A stretch of DNA of 64,000 bases from an uncultured Candidatus Saccharibacteria bacterium. GTDB lineage: Bacteria > Patescibacteriota > Saccharimonadia > Saccharimonadales > Saccharimonadaceae. Under the pieces are notes generated by a model. The model did no database searches. It was not told the origin of the DNA and was given only the letters and a program-made list of their open reading frames with translations. This document shows, one piece after another, positions 27,804 through 37,711 of this stretch (its first letter is position 1; each line of letters opens with the position of its first letter). A program made the position numbers and the translations under genes. Where the stretch lies: contig CAMIHP010000002.1 in assembly GCA_946222005.1 (NCBI GenBank), positions 25,322-89,321 on the forward strand, given 5' to 3'.

Positions 27804-29824
27804 GCCAGCAATCGTCTACACAGCCGCGCTCATCAGGAGTGCGCCGCGGCCCAATGGGTGGGCCAGTCGCTGGTGGTGGTACGGAGAGGGCTAAGGACTT
27901 TCGCGGGACGGTGCGTACGCTACTGCGGTATCTGCGCGCCTTTCGTTGGCAACTGGTGCTGGTGATTGGTTTGACGATCATCAGCACACTGTTTGCGATC
28001 GTTAGCCCCAAGCTGCTCGGCAACGCGACTAACCAAATCGTCGATGACTACACGCGCCTGCGTACCTACGACGCTATCCACGAGAAGCTTCCCGTCGGCG
28101 CAGCGATCCCCGCGGGTATGACGGGTGAGCAATTTATGGCATCGCCCCAGGGCAAGCAGCTGGCGCAGGCGTTACCTGCCTCGGCTCGCGAAGCCGCCAA
28201 GACGCTCGATCTTGGTACGCGTCCCACCTTCCATTACGATGCGATCTTGCAGATTGTCCTCTGGCTCGTGGGGCTCTATGTGATCAGTGCGCTGTTTCGC
28301 TATGGACAGGCCTGGCTGATGACGAATATTACCCAGAAGCTGACGTACCAGCTGCGCCGCGATATCTCAAAGGCGATCAATCGCTTGCCGCTGCGCTACT
28401 TCGACACGCAAACGCATGGCGACGTTCTCAGCCGTATTACCAACGATGTCGATACGGTGAGCCAAACGCTTAACCAAAGCCTGTCGCAAATGATGAGTGC
28501 GGTGGTGATGCTAGTGGGGATCCTCGCGATGATGCTGTCGATTAGTTGGCTGCTGACTGTGGTGGCGCTCTTGGTTGTGCCGCTGTCGATGGGGTTGATC
28601 GTTGTGATTACCAAGCGCTCACAGACGCAGTTTATCCGCCAGCAAGATGAGCTAGGCGAGCTCAATGGCCATATTGAGGAGATGTATGCTGGCCACCAGG
28701 TGATGCGCGCCTTTCGTGGGCAGGAGCGGTCGCTGAAGACCTTTCGGCAGATTAACCAGCGGCTCTTCTCGAGCGCGTGGCAGTCGCAGTTTCTCTCTGG
28801 CTTGATGTACCCAGTGATGAATGTGGTGGGAAATATTGGCTATGTTGGTGTGGCGGTGCTCGGTGGCTGGCTGGCAATTGAGGGGCGGATTAAGATTGGC
28901 GATATTCAAGCCTTCATCCAGTATATGCAGCAGTTCAATCAGCCAATTGCCCAAACGGCGAATATTGCCAATGTGCTGCAATCGACGGCAGCCGCGGCCG
29001 AGCGAGTCTTTGAGTTTCTCAAAGAGCCGGCCGAAGCACCCGACCCTGTGCCCGCTACCACGCTGCCAGTGGTGCGCGGTGAAGTGGAGTTTCGCGATGT
29101 TGTCTTTGGCTATAATGCAAAGACGCCGGTTATTAAGCACCTCTCAGCTCATATCCGCCCCGGCCAGCGGGTGGCGATTGTTGGACCAACGGGTGCGGGT
29201 AAGACGACGCTGGTTAATCTGTTGATGCGATTTTATGATATTGACAGTGGTCAGATCCTGATCGATGGCGTGGATATTGCCCAGATGACGCGCAGCAGTG
29301 TCCGGCAGCTCTTTGGCATGGTGTTGCAAGATACGTGGCTTTTCCATGGGACGATCCGCGACAACCTGCGCTATGGTAATCCTGAGGCAAGCGAGACCGA
29401 ACTGCTGGCGGTGGCACGTGAGGCGCATGTTGACCATTTTGTCCGGTCGTTGCCGGGCGGTTACGACATGGTGCTCGACGAAGCGGCGACTAATATTTCG
29501 CAAGGGGAAAAGCAGTTGCTAACGATTGCTCGCGCCATGCTGGCCAAGACGCCGATGCTTATCTTAGATGAAGCGACCAGCTCGGTCGATACCCGCACTG
29601 AGGTGCTCATCCAACAGGCGATGGATAGGCTGATGCAGCACAAGACAAGCTTTGTTATTGCGCACCGCCTCAGCACGATCCGCGACGCCGATCTTATCCT
29701 TGTGGTAAAGGATGGCAACATCATCGAGCAGGACACACACGACGAGCTGCTCGCTCAAAGTGGTTTTTATGCGGAGCTGTATCGGAGTCAGTTTGCGGAA
29801 GACGTCGATAAACCGACAAAGTAA
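27800..29824 (+). CDS. ABC exporter, fused permease/ATPase (second half of the heterodimer).
   Basis: 'GPTGAGKTTL', 'ISQGEKQLLTIARAM', 'ILDEATSSVD'. 4-bp ATGA overlap with the partner gene. Confidence 0.9.
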   Translation: MSQQSSTQPRSSGVRRGPMGGPVAGGGTERAKDFRGTVRTLLRYLRAFRWQLVLVIGLTIISTLFAIVSPKLLGNATNQIVDDYTRLRTYDAIHEKLPVGAAIPAGMTGEQFMASPQGKQLAQALPASAREAAKTLDLGTRPTFHYDAILQIVLWLVGLYVISALFRYGQAWLMTNITQKLTYQLRRDISKAINRLPLRYFDTQTHGDVLSRITNDVDTVSQTLNQSLSQMMSAVVMLVGILAMMLSISWLLTVVALLVVPLSMGLIVVITKRSQTQFIRQQDELGELNGHIEEMYAGHQVMRAFRGQERSLKTFRQINQRLFSSAWQSQFLSGLMYPVMNVVGNIGYVGVAVLGGWLAIEGRIKIGDIQAFIQYMQQFNQPIAQTANIANVLQSTAAAAERVFEFLKEPAEAPDPVPATTLPVVRGEVEFRDVVFGYNAKTPVIKHLSAHIRPGQRVAIVGPTGAGKTTLVNLLMRFYDIDSGQILIDGVDIAQMTRSSVRQLFGMVLQDTWLFHGTIRDNLRYGNPEASETELLAVAREAHVDHFVRSLPGGYDMVLDEAATNISQGEKQLLTIARAMLAKTPMLILDEATSSVDTRTEVLIQQAMDRLMQHKTSFVIAHRLSTIRDADLILVVKDGNIIEQDTHDELLAQSGFYAELYRSQFAEDVDKPTK

Positions 29825-29835
29825 GATGTCTAGAG

Positions 29836-30117
29836 CTAACTGCGTTTGGGTCGCTTGATGCGGGCAAGCAGGACAGCCCAATCGCCATCAGTTCTTTCGA
29901 GGACTTCAAGAATTGTATAATGACCGGTGTTTAATTTCTGATTAAGCTCCGGCAAGCCTCGACCATCCATGTCATCGCGTGTGCCGTTAATTTTTCGGAT
30001 AACTACTTCCTCGATCTCGTAAATGACGCGACTTTTGCGCCAGGATACAACCGCAACCACGACAGAGATGATTGATATAAGTAGAGATAGGAGTGCGATA
30101 CTATCGGGTAGAGACAT
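29836..30117 (-). CDS. Small single-TM hypothetical protein.
   Basis: 93-aa ORF with the N-terminal hydrophobic helix 'IALLSLLISIISVVVAVV'. Confidence 0.3.
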   Translation of the reverse strand: MSLPDSIALLSLLISIISVVVAVVSWRKSRVIYEIEEVVIRKINGTRDDMDGRGLPELNQKLNTGHYTILEVLERTDGDWAVLLARIKRPKRS

Positions 30118-30144
30118 TGGTTTATAAAATTAATTAGTCGCTTG

Positions 30145-30606
30145 TTACCGCAAATCAAATATGTCCAGTGCGCCAAAGTTCCCTGTCAGCATGGTGCGCT
30201 CAATGATGTGCGGGGCGATTGCTTTGGAGAATTTCTTAGGGCGTGTTTTGGCGGGGAGGTCGAGCACGGTATTGAGTGCATAGACGAAGAACTGATAGCG
30301 ATGCGTCCCAAAGGCGGGGTGCGGGCCACCCCAACCGGGCTTACCCCAGGTAGTCGTGCCTTCGATAGCGCCATGAGGGAGGTAGTCGCTGCCGATTTCT
30401 GTGGTGGTGGGAGAGAGATTCCAAGCAATCCAGTGGTAGAAGCCGCCAATGAAGGGTGCGTCGGGGCTATAGCACACCACAGCGAGGCTCTGCGTACCAT
30501 CAGGGATGTCGCTGATGGTGAGAGGCGGTCGCTGGTTGCCACCGAAGCGCGAATAGATCTTTGGTATTTTGGCGTTGTTGTTGAAGGCGGGGCTGGTGAC
30601 TTTCAT
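30145..30606 (-). CDS. YbhB/YbcL-family phosphatidylethanolamine-binding protein (PEBP/Raf-kinase-inhibitor-like).
   Basis: 'YSPDAPFIGGFYHWIAWN', 'GWGGPHPAFGTHRYQFFVYAL'. Start chosen at 'MKVTSPAF'. Confidence 0.7.
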   Translation of the reverse strand: MKVTSPAFNNNAKIPKIYSRFGGNQRPPLTISDIPDGTQSLAVVCYSPDAPFIGGFYHWIAWNLSPTTTEIGSDYLPHGAIEGTTTWGKPGWGGPHPAFGTHRYQFFVYALNTVLDLPAKTRPKKFSKAIAPHIIERTMLTGNFGALDIFDLR

Positions 30607-30748
30607 GTCTATAGTATACCGTATACTGGTCATGCTCGCCAGAATAATTTCGATCAAATGGCATACAAATGGGATATGTACGGGAGAAAGCACCAAAATA
30701 AGCCGGGTAATAGCATAACAAGCAATTATTTGCTATAGTGGGCAAATA

Positions 30749-31372
30749 ATGATCACCGACCAACTTCTCCGCACCCACCCAATCATCTCCGACCAAGTGG
30801 ATGAGCGTGAGCTGCGGGTTTTGCTGCGTGAGCTTGAGCGGCTTCTGAGGGCTGGCTGTCAGGGGTCGGTTGTTGAATTTGGCTGCTATGTGGGGACGAC
30901 GAGCTTGTTTATCCGGCGCTTGCTTGATGCGTATCAGTACGTGGGAGCATTTCATGTCTATGATTCATTCGCTGGTTTGCCAGAGAAGACGGCGCAGGAT
31001 GCAAGCGCAGCTGGTGAGCAGTTTGTGGCAGGGGAGCTTGCTGCAACGCGCAAGGGATTTTTCCAGCAGTTCAAGAAAGCTGGGCTGCGCCCGCCAGTGG
31101 TGCACAAGGCGTGGTTTGCCGAGCTTACCCCGCAGGATGTGCCGGAGGACATTATGTTTGCCTTTCTCGATGGCGACTATTACCAGTCGATTATGGACTC
31201 GCTCTGGCTCGTGACGCCGAAGCTGACTCTTGATGCAGTGCTGGTGGTGGATGATTATGCCAATGAGGCGCTGCCTGGTGCGGCTCGGGCGGCCGATGCG
31301 TGGCTGCAGGCGCACCCTGGATTCCGCTGCCGGGTGGAGGCGAGCTTGGCGGTTATGACCGCAAAAAAATAA
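30749..31372 (+). CDS. Class I SAM-dependent O-methyltransferase, TylF/MycF (macrocin-O-MT) family.
   Basis: 'GSVVEFGCYVGTTSLFI' SAM-binding region and 'VVDDYANEALPGAARAADAW', typical of the TylF family. Confidence 0.6.
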   Translation: MITDQLLRTHPIISDQVDERELRVLLRELERLLRAGCQGSVVEFGCYVGTTSLFIRRLLDAYQYVGAFHVYDSFAGLPEKTAQDASAAGEQFVAGELAATRKGFFQQFKKAGLRPPVVHKAWFAELTPQDVPEDIMFAFLDGDYYQSIMDSLWLVTPKLTLDAVLVVDDYANEALPGAARAADAWLQAHPGFRCRVEASLAVMTAKK

Positions 31373-31476
31373 CCAACGGCTGGTACGCAGTTGGTAGAGT
31401 GATGATAGTATCAAGATAGGGGTGTCGTCTCCGCAGAACCACGGTGACGCCACCCCGTGTCTAAATAGTAGCGGAA

Positions 31477-31857
31477 TTATTTACTGATGTCAATAATCTT
31501 CTTTGACTTTGGAATAATAATCAGCCGTTTGACTCGTTTGATATCATGAAATTCTTTCTTAAGTCGGGCAATATTAACTGCATCGGTTATTTTCGATCGA
31601 CGAAGGTCAAAAATAATGTACTCAGATTGATGAATCGCAACCTTAAATGCGCGTTTGATAGTGTGTGGACTTCGGCCGATTGGACATTTCATCTCCCACC
31701 GCTTGTTGAGCATGATAATGTCTGGTGTATGGACTCCTTTTCGTTGATCGGGTGGAATGATTGTAATATCATAGCCTTGTTGTGTAAGGTAGACAATAGT
31801 TGCATTCTCGTGGTGATGAAGAATAACTCCATTTGTTGTGATAGACCCCTGCCTCAT
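31477..31857 (-). CDS. Hypothetical small protein in an AT-rich islet. Possible PD-(D/E)xK nuclease-fold protein.
   Basis: 126 aa at about 38% GC. The 'TPD...(10 aa)...EMK' spacing resembles a PD-(D/E)xK core. No neighbour of similar composition. Confidence 0.3.
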   Translation of the reverse strand: MRQGSITTNGVILHHHENATIVYLTQQGYDITIIPPDQRKGVHTPDIIMLNKRWEMKCPIGRSPHTIKRAFKVAIHQSEYIIFDLRRSKITDAVNIARLKKEFHDIKRVKRLIIIPKSKKIIDISK

Positions 31858-32012
31858 ACAAAACCATGATAGACTATTATGGTAATAATAGCAAAAATAA
31901 GCTTTTGTGATTCATCATTCAGTTTCATATTCGTGACACCTGTTATCCATTGCACTTACCTCAGAACATGCTACAATGAAAGCATCAACTATAAGCCACA
32001 CAGGGGGAAAAG

Positions 32013-33248
32013 GTGGACGATCCAATTCATATTACATCAGAGATTGGCCGGTTGAAGACAGTGCTCTTGCATCGGCCGGGTGAGGAGCTCGAGCATCTCA
32101 CACCAGAACATTTGCAGCGCCTATTGTTTGACGATATTCCGTATCTCAAGGTTGCGCAGGAGGAGCATGATCGCTTTGCAGAGCTGCTCCGCTCGCGTGG
32201 GGTCGAGGTGTTGTACTTAGATGAACTTGCCGCCGAGGCACTCGCTGACGAAGCAGTGCGGCGGCAATTTGTTGTTGAGATGCTGGTGGCATCGAAGCAA
32301 GACAACCAACGCGCATCGCGGACACTGGCTGAGTATTTGCTGAGCATGGAGCCACGCCAGATGGTGCGCAAGCTGATGGCGGGGGTGCGCAAAGATGAGA
32401 TTAGCCTGCCACCTGAGCAGCAGCAACTCCACACAATGGTGGCGCATGAGCAGTATCCATTCTATCTTGACCCAATGCCGAACCTCTACTTTACGCGCGA
32501 CCCAGCAGCGGCGATTGGCCAAGGTCTGACGATCAACAAGATGCACTGGCCAGCTCGGCGGCGTGAGTCGCTCTTTATGCGCTATATTATCGATTTCCAT
32601 CCGCGCTTTGCTGGCAAGAATGTACCGGTTTGGTATGATCGCAGCCAACCATTCTCGATTGAGGGCGGTGATGAGCTGGTGCTTAATAACCACACGATGG
32701 CCATCGGTATAAGCGAGCGTACCTCACCAGAAGCGATTGAGCTGATGGCGACGAAGCTCTTTGCCGAGTCGAATTTTGACACGGTGATTGCCCTTGAGAT
32801 CCCCAAGAGTCACGCCTTTATGCATCTGGATACCGTCTTTACGATGATTGACCACGACAAATTCACCATCCACCCAGAGATTCGGGGCTTTGAGGGGCGG
32901 ATGAATATCTTCGTCTTGCATAAAGCAGACGGGCAAGCCTACCCAACCATTACCAAAGAACATAATCTTGAGCAGGTGCTCAGCCAAGCCCTTGGCGTGC
33001 CGTCGATTACCTTGATCGAATGCGGTGGCGGTGATGATATCGCTGCAGCACGCGAGCAGTGGAATGACGGTAGTAATACCTTGGCGATTGCTCCTGGGGT
33101 GGTGGTCACCTACGACCGCAACTACGTTACCAACCAAAAACTGCGTGAGGCAGGTGTCGAAGTGCTGGAGATTACCGGCTCAGAGCTTGGCCGGGGCCGT
33201 GGCGGGCCACGCTGCATGAGTATGCCATTAATACGAGAGGATGTGTAA
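32013..33248 (+). CDS. arcA: Arginine deiminase.
   Basis: 411 aa. N-terminal '[22 protein letters not shown]'. C-terminal catalytic Cys 'GGPRCMSMP'. Confidence 0.9.
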   Translation: MDDPIHITSEIGRLKTVLLHRPGEELEHLTPEHLQRLLFDDIPYLKVAQEEHDRFAELLRSRGVEVLYLDELAAEALADEAVRRQFVVEMLVASKQDNQRASRTLAEYLLSMEPRQMVRKLMAGVRKDEISLPPEQQQLHTMVAHEQYPFYLDPMPNLYFTRDPAAAIGQGLTINKMHWPARRRESLFMRYIIDFHPRFAGKNVPVWYDRSQPFSIEGGDELVLNNHTMAIGISERTSPEAIELMATKLFAESNFDTVIALEIPKSHAFMHLDTVFTMIDHDKFTIHPEIRGFEGRMNIFVLHKADGQAYPTITKEHNLEQVLSQALGVPSITLIECGGGDDIAAAREQWNDGSNTLAIAPGVVVTYDRNYVTNQKLREAGVEVLEITGSELGRGRGGPRCMSMPLIREDV

Positions 33249-34244
33249 ATGAACCTACCAACCAATCTAAAAAACCGCTCATTCCTAGCCCTCAAGGACT
33301 TTTCATCAGAGGAAATCCGGCAGATGCTCGATGTGGCACACGAGCTTAAGAAGCTTAAGCGCGAGGGCGTGCCGCACCGCTTACACGAGGGTAAGCAAGT
33401 CGCCCTCTTGTTTGAGAAGAATTCCACCCGTACACGCTGCGCCTTTACGGTAGCGGCCAATGACCTTGGCGTTGCGCCGGAGTTTCTCGGCAAGGATGAT
33501 ATCCAGCTCGGCAAAAAGGAGTCGGTTGAGGATACCGCGAAGGTGCTGGGCCGGATGTTTGATGGGATTGAGTTCCGCGGCTTTAAGCACTCGACGGTGG
33601 AAGACTTGGCCAAGCACGCTGGCGTACCAGTGTGGAATGGTTTGACCGATCAGTTCCACCCGACGCAGATTCTGGCCGACTTCATGACGCTCGAGGAGCA
33701 CATTGGGCCGCTGGCTGGCACGAAGCTGGTCTTTGTCGGTGATGGGCGCAACAATATGGCGAACAGCTTGATGATTGGCTCGGCCAAGATGGGCGTTGAT
33801 TTCCGTATCTTAGCGCCAGCTGAGCTGCACCCGAGCAGTGAGCTGGTTGATCTCGCTCGGGCGATTGCCGCCGAGACCGGCGCGCAGATTACCGTGACGG
33901 ATGATCGCGCCACGGCTCTCGAGGGAGCAGACGCGATCTACACCGACGTATGGGTGTCGATGGGTGAGGAGGCACAGTTCGCTGAGCGGATTGCCTTGCT
34001 TAAGCCATACCAAGTGAATCGTGCCATGCTCGATGAAACGCACAATCCACACGTTAAGTTCTTGCACTGCTTGCCAGCCTTCCACGATCTCAACACCGAG
34101 ACGGGGCTGAAGATCTACCAAGACTACGGCCTTGAGAGCATGGAAGTGACAGACGAGGTGTTCCGGAGTGAGCACAGTGTGGTCTTCGACGAAGCGGAGA
34201 ACCGCATGCACACGATCAAGGCAGTGATGGCACTGACGTTATAA
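33249..34244 (+). CDS. arcB: Ornithine carbamoyltransferase (catabolic).
   Basis: 'STRTRCAF' carbamoyl-phosphate-binding motif, 'HCLPA' motif, 331 aa. Starts 1 nt after the arcA stop. Confidence 0.9.
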   Translation: MNLPTNLKNRSFLALKDFSSEEIRQMLDVAHELKKLKREGVPHRLHEGKQVALLFEKNSTRTRCAFTVAANDLGVAPEFLGKDDIQLGKKESVEDTAKVLGRMFDGIEFRGFKHSTVEDLAKHAGVPVWNGLTDQFHPTQILADFMTLEEHIGPLAGTKLVFVGDGRNNMANSLMIGSAKMGVDFRILAPAELHPSSELVDLARAIAAETGAQITVTDDRATALEGADAIYTDVWVSMGEEAQFAERIALLKPYQVNRAMLDETHNPHVKFLHCLPAFHDLNTETGLKIYQDYGLESMEVTDEVFRSEHSVVFDEAENRMHTIKAVMALTL

Positions 34245-34274
34245 CAAGTAACTGAGGCATAGGGGGCCTCACGT

Positions 34275-35750
34275 ATGACAACACAACAAACACAACAAGA
34301 GAGCAAGCTGGGGTGGCGATCACTCACCGGACTTGTTATCGGCAGTATGATTGGGGCTGGTATCTTCAATCTTGTCCGTAATACCGCAGAATCGGCTGGA
34401 CCACTGGCAACCATCATTGCCTGGCTCGTCACTGGGGTGGGGATGGTCTTCCTTGTCCTGAGTTTTCGCAACCTTGCCGAGAAGCGCCCCGACCTTGACG
34501 CTGGTATCTATAGCTATGCCGAGGCAGGGTTTGGCAAATATGTCGGGTTCAACTCGGCCTGGGGGTACTGGATCTCGGCCTGGATTGGCAACATTGCCTA
34601 TGCGGTAACGGCCTTTTCGGCGCTTGGCTATTTCTTCCCGCAGCTGTTTGCTGACGGCCAAAACTGGGCCTCGGTGATTGGTATGTCTATCCTGCTATGG
34701 GGCGTGCATTGCCTAATTCTCCGTGGTGTGCGCACGGCGAGTGTAGTGAACTTGCTCATCACGATTGCCAAGATTGTTCCGCTGATTATCTTCCTTGTGG
34801 CAATTATTGCCGCCTTTAAGCTCGATATCTTCTCGAAGGACCTCTGGGGCCTGGCTGGGAGTAATCTGAGCCTTGACGTTGTTCTGCGGCAGATCAAGGA
34901 TATGATGATCGTCACTGTCTGGGTGTTCATTGGCATCGAGGGTGCGGTGGTTTTTTCTGGTCGAGCCAAACAGCGCAGCGATGTCGTTAAGGCGACCTTC
35001 ATTGGCTTTGCTGCCGTGCTTGCGCTCTATGTCTTGATGACCGTCCTCGCCTTTGGTGTGGCAACGCAGCCGGAGCTGGCTGGCCTCAAAGACCCAGCGA
35101 TGGCACTCTTGCTTGAGAAGGTGGTTGGGCCGTGGGGTGCCTGGCTAGTCAATATCGGCTTGATCATTGCGGTGCTTGGTGGCTGGCTAGCCTGGACGAT
35201 GTTTGCAGCTGAGCTGCCCTACCAAGCGGCAAAGGTTGGCACTTTTCCGACGTTTTTTGCCAAAGAGAACAAGGTTGGCGTGCCAAAGAACTCACTGCTG
35301 GTGACCAACGCTTTGGTGCAGTTCTTTATCCTGACGATACCGCTGACGAGTGGCTCGGTGTATAACATTGGTATTGCGATTGCAACATCGGCAATTCTCG
35401 TACCTTATGCCTTGACGGCCTTCTACCAGCTGAAGCACTCGACTCTCGAGAAGCCAGAGACAAAGGGCCGGGCAGCCAATATCTTGATTGGTGTGATGGC
35501 TAGTGTGTATAGTGTCTGGCTGGTCTATGCCGCAGGCGTAGAGAACTTACTGGTGACGGTGTTCTTATATGTGCCGGGCATTGTGGTCTATGGCCTCATG
35601 CGCAAGCAGCAAGGCAAGAAGCCATTTACAGCGCTTGAGTGGCTGCTCGTTGTGGCACTGCTGGTGGCGCTGGCCTATGCGCTATTCCAGCTGCTGACTG
35701 GCGGGCTGGATAAGACACTTGGCATTACGATGCCGAAGCTGTTTAACTAA
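34275..35750 (+). CDS. arcD: Arginine/ornithine antiporter (APC superfamily).
   Basis: 491 aa with about 12-13 TM helices. 'GSMIGAGIFNL' APC signature. Lies within the arc operon. Confidence 0.8.
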   Translation: MTTQQTQQESKLGWRSLTGLVIGSMIGAGIFNLVRNTAESAGPLATIIAWLVTGVGMVFLVLSFRNLAEKRPDLDAGIYSYAEAGFGKYVGFNSAWGYWISAWIGNIAYAVTAFSALGYFFPQLFADGQNWASVIGMSILLWGVHCLILRGVRTASVVNLLITIAKIVPLIIFLVAIIAAFKLDIFSKDLWGLAGSNLSLDVVLRQIKDMMIVTVWVFIGIEGAVVFSGRAKQRSDVVKATFIGFAAVLALYVLMTVLAFGVATQPELAGLKDPAMALLLEKVVGPWGAWLVNIGLIIAVLGGWLAWTMFAAELPYQAAKVGTFPTFFAKENKVGVPKNSLLVTNALVQFFILTIPLTSGSVYNIGIAIATSAILVPYALTAFYQLKHSTLEKPETKGRAANILIGVMASVYSVWLVYAAGVENLLVTVFLYVPGIVVYGLMRKQQGKKPFTALEWLLVVALLVALAYALFQLLTGGLDKTLGITMPKLFN

Positions 35751-35813
35751 CGAGTAATCATGCGGTGTGCCGAGAAAGGTGCACCGCATTACATAAGAGA
35801 AAGGAGTGTGATG

Positions 35814-36584
35814 TTTCGCTACGCGATTACCCGTCGGCCAAGCCGTAGCTTGATCAACGGTATTAGCCAGACGCCGGAGAAGGGCAAGCCAGACTATGAG
35901 CGGGCAATGCAGCAGTACGATCAGTACGTTGCGCTGCTCCGCCAGTGCGGCCTTGAAGTGACGGTCTTGGAGCCCAATGAGGAGTATCCGGATAGCGTCT
36001 TCATTGAGGATAATGCTCTGTGTACGCCGCATGGGGTGGCGATTTTGTCGCGGCCTGGGGCAGCAAGCCGGCGCGGCGAGGCGAGCTTGCCCGATTTGCG
36101 CCAGGCACTCAGCCAGCATTATGATATTATCGAGCAGGTCGAAGCACCCGGCACCGTCGACCCCGGTGATATTATGATGGTGGGCGAGCACTACTACATT
36201 GGCCTGAGCCACCGCACCAACCAAGCGGCGGCCGAGCAGATTACTGCTATCCTTGAGCGCTACGGCATGACGGCCGAGACGGTTGAGGTGACAGGGGTTC
36301 TGCACCTGAAGGATGATGTGGTCTACTTAGATAACAACAACCTGATCGTTGCCAAGGCCTATGAGCACCACCCAGCTTTTGCAGCATTTAACAAGCTGGT
36401 GGTGGATGACGATGAGTACTATGCGGTGAATAGCTTGTGGATTAATGGCACGGTGATCGTGCCGCAGGGCTTTCCCAAGATTGAGCAGCAGATCCGCGAC
36501 TGTGGCTACCACGTAGAACTAATCGATACCAGTGAATTTGAAAAGATAACCGGCAGTTTGACCTGCATGTCGTTGAGGTTTTAA
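35814..36584 (+). CDS. DDAH/amidinotransferase-superfamily enzyme (dimethylarginine dimethylaminohydrolase-like).
   Basis: Roughly 256 aa. C-terminal catalytic Cys 'GSLTCMSLRF'. N-terminal 'FRYAITRRPSRSLINGIS' is typical of the DDAH fold. RBS 'AAAGGAG' upstream. Confidence 0.65.
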   Translation, partial: FRYAITRRPSRSLINGISQTPEKGKPDYERAMQQYDQYVALLRQCGLEVTVLEPNEEYPDSVFIEDNALCTPHGVAILSRPGAASRRGEASLPDLRQALSQHYDIIEQVEAPGTVDPGDIMMVGEHYYIGLSHRTNQAAAEQITAILERYGMTAETVEVTGVLHLKDDVVYLDNNNLIVAKAYEHHPAFAAFNKLVVDDDEYYAVNSLWINGTVIVPQGFPKIEQQIRDCGYHVELIDTSEFEKITGSLTCMSLRF

Positions 36585-36585
36585 G

Positions 36586-37527
36586 ATGAGTACAATTGTG
36601 ATTGCATTGGGTGGTAACGCCCTCCAAAGACAAGGTGAAGCAAGTGCGGCTGCCCAGCAGCGAGTGGCGAGTGAAACGGCGGCTCAGCTAGTGCCGCTGA
36701 TTGCAGCTGGGCATCGGCTGGTGATCGTCCACGGCAATGGGCCGCAGGTGGGGAACATCGTGCTCCATGAGGAGGCGATTAACACTCCTGAGGTGCCAAC
36801 GATGCCGCTTGATACGTGCGGGGCGATGAGCCAGGGGGAGATTGGCTACTGGCTGCAGCAGGCGCTGACGAATGAGTTTGCCCGCCATGGTATGCCAAAC
36901 CATGCCGTGACGATGGTGACGCAGACGGTGGTGGATGCGAATGACCCAGCGTTTGCAAATCCTACCAAGCCAATCGGGGTCTTTTATGCCTCCGAGGCTG
37001 AGGCACAGCAGTCGGCAGCAGGGCGTGATTTCGTCTTCAAAGAAGATGCGGGGCGAGGCTGGCGCCGCGTTGTGCCATCGCCACGGCCGCAGCGCGTGGT
37101 AGAAGAAGGTGCGGTGCGTGCCCTGCTTGATACCGGCTTAACAGTGGTGACGGCTGGCGGAGGCGGTATTCCGGTGGTTGAGAATGAAGCGCAGGGTATG
37201 GCTGGGGTCGAGGCGGTGATTGATAAGGACTTTACCGCTGCGGTGGTGGCTGATGCGATTGATGCCGAAGCCTTGGTGATCCTCACGGCCGTCGATAACG
37301 CGATGGTCGACTATGGTACGCCGCAGGCCCGTGCGATTAGTCAGACGACCAGCCAGGAGATGCAGGCTTATGCCGAGCAGGGGCAGTTTGCGTCCGGTAG
37401 TATGCTACCGAAGGTGCAGGCTGCGCTTAATTTCGTGGAAAAGCCTGGTCGGCGCGCCATCATTGCTAACCTAGAGCATGCCGCTGCCGCTGTGGCAGGC
37501 GAGCAAGGGACGATTATTGTGTCGTAG
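36586..37527 (+). CDS. arcC: Carbamate kinase.
   Basis: 'IVIALGGNAL', 'VIVHGNGPQVG', 313 aa. Starts 2 nt after the upstream stop. Confidence 0.9.
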   Translation: MSTIVIALGGNALQRQGEASAAAQQRVASETAAQLVPLIAAGHRLVIVHGNGPQVGNIVLHEEAINTPEVPTMPLDTCGAMSQGEIGYWLQQALTNEFARHGMPNHAVTMVTQTVVDANDPAFANPTKPIGVFYASEAEAQQSAAGRDFVFKEDAGRGWRRVVPSPRPQRVVEEGAVRALLDTGLTVVTAGGGGIPVVENEAQGMAGVEAVIDKDFTAAVVADAIDAEALVILTAVDNAMVDYGTPQARAISQTTSQEMQAYAEQGQFASGSMLPKVQAALNFVEKPGRRAIIANLEHAAAAVAGEQGTIIVS

Positions 37528-37711
37528 GATATTCGCGAAGAGAGAAGTAGATAGACACTGGTGCAAAGGGCGCTGGTGTCTATTTTTGATGGCATTGTTC
37601 TGTGGTGAGTGTGATGTAACCAGTACTTTATTTCTCAAACTACTTGACATTTCAATATACCTTGTATAGCATAGTACCAGGCAATAACAATAATATAGTA
37701 AGGAGTATCGA

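Noticed and set aside
32027-32693. Several antisense ORFs (135-158 aa) inside arcA
   Set aside because: They fall within a highly conserved enzyme gene. Arg/Ser/Cys-rich translations like these are characteristic of out-of-frame reading of GC-rich coding DNA.
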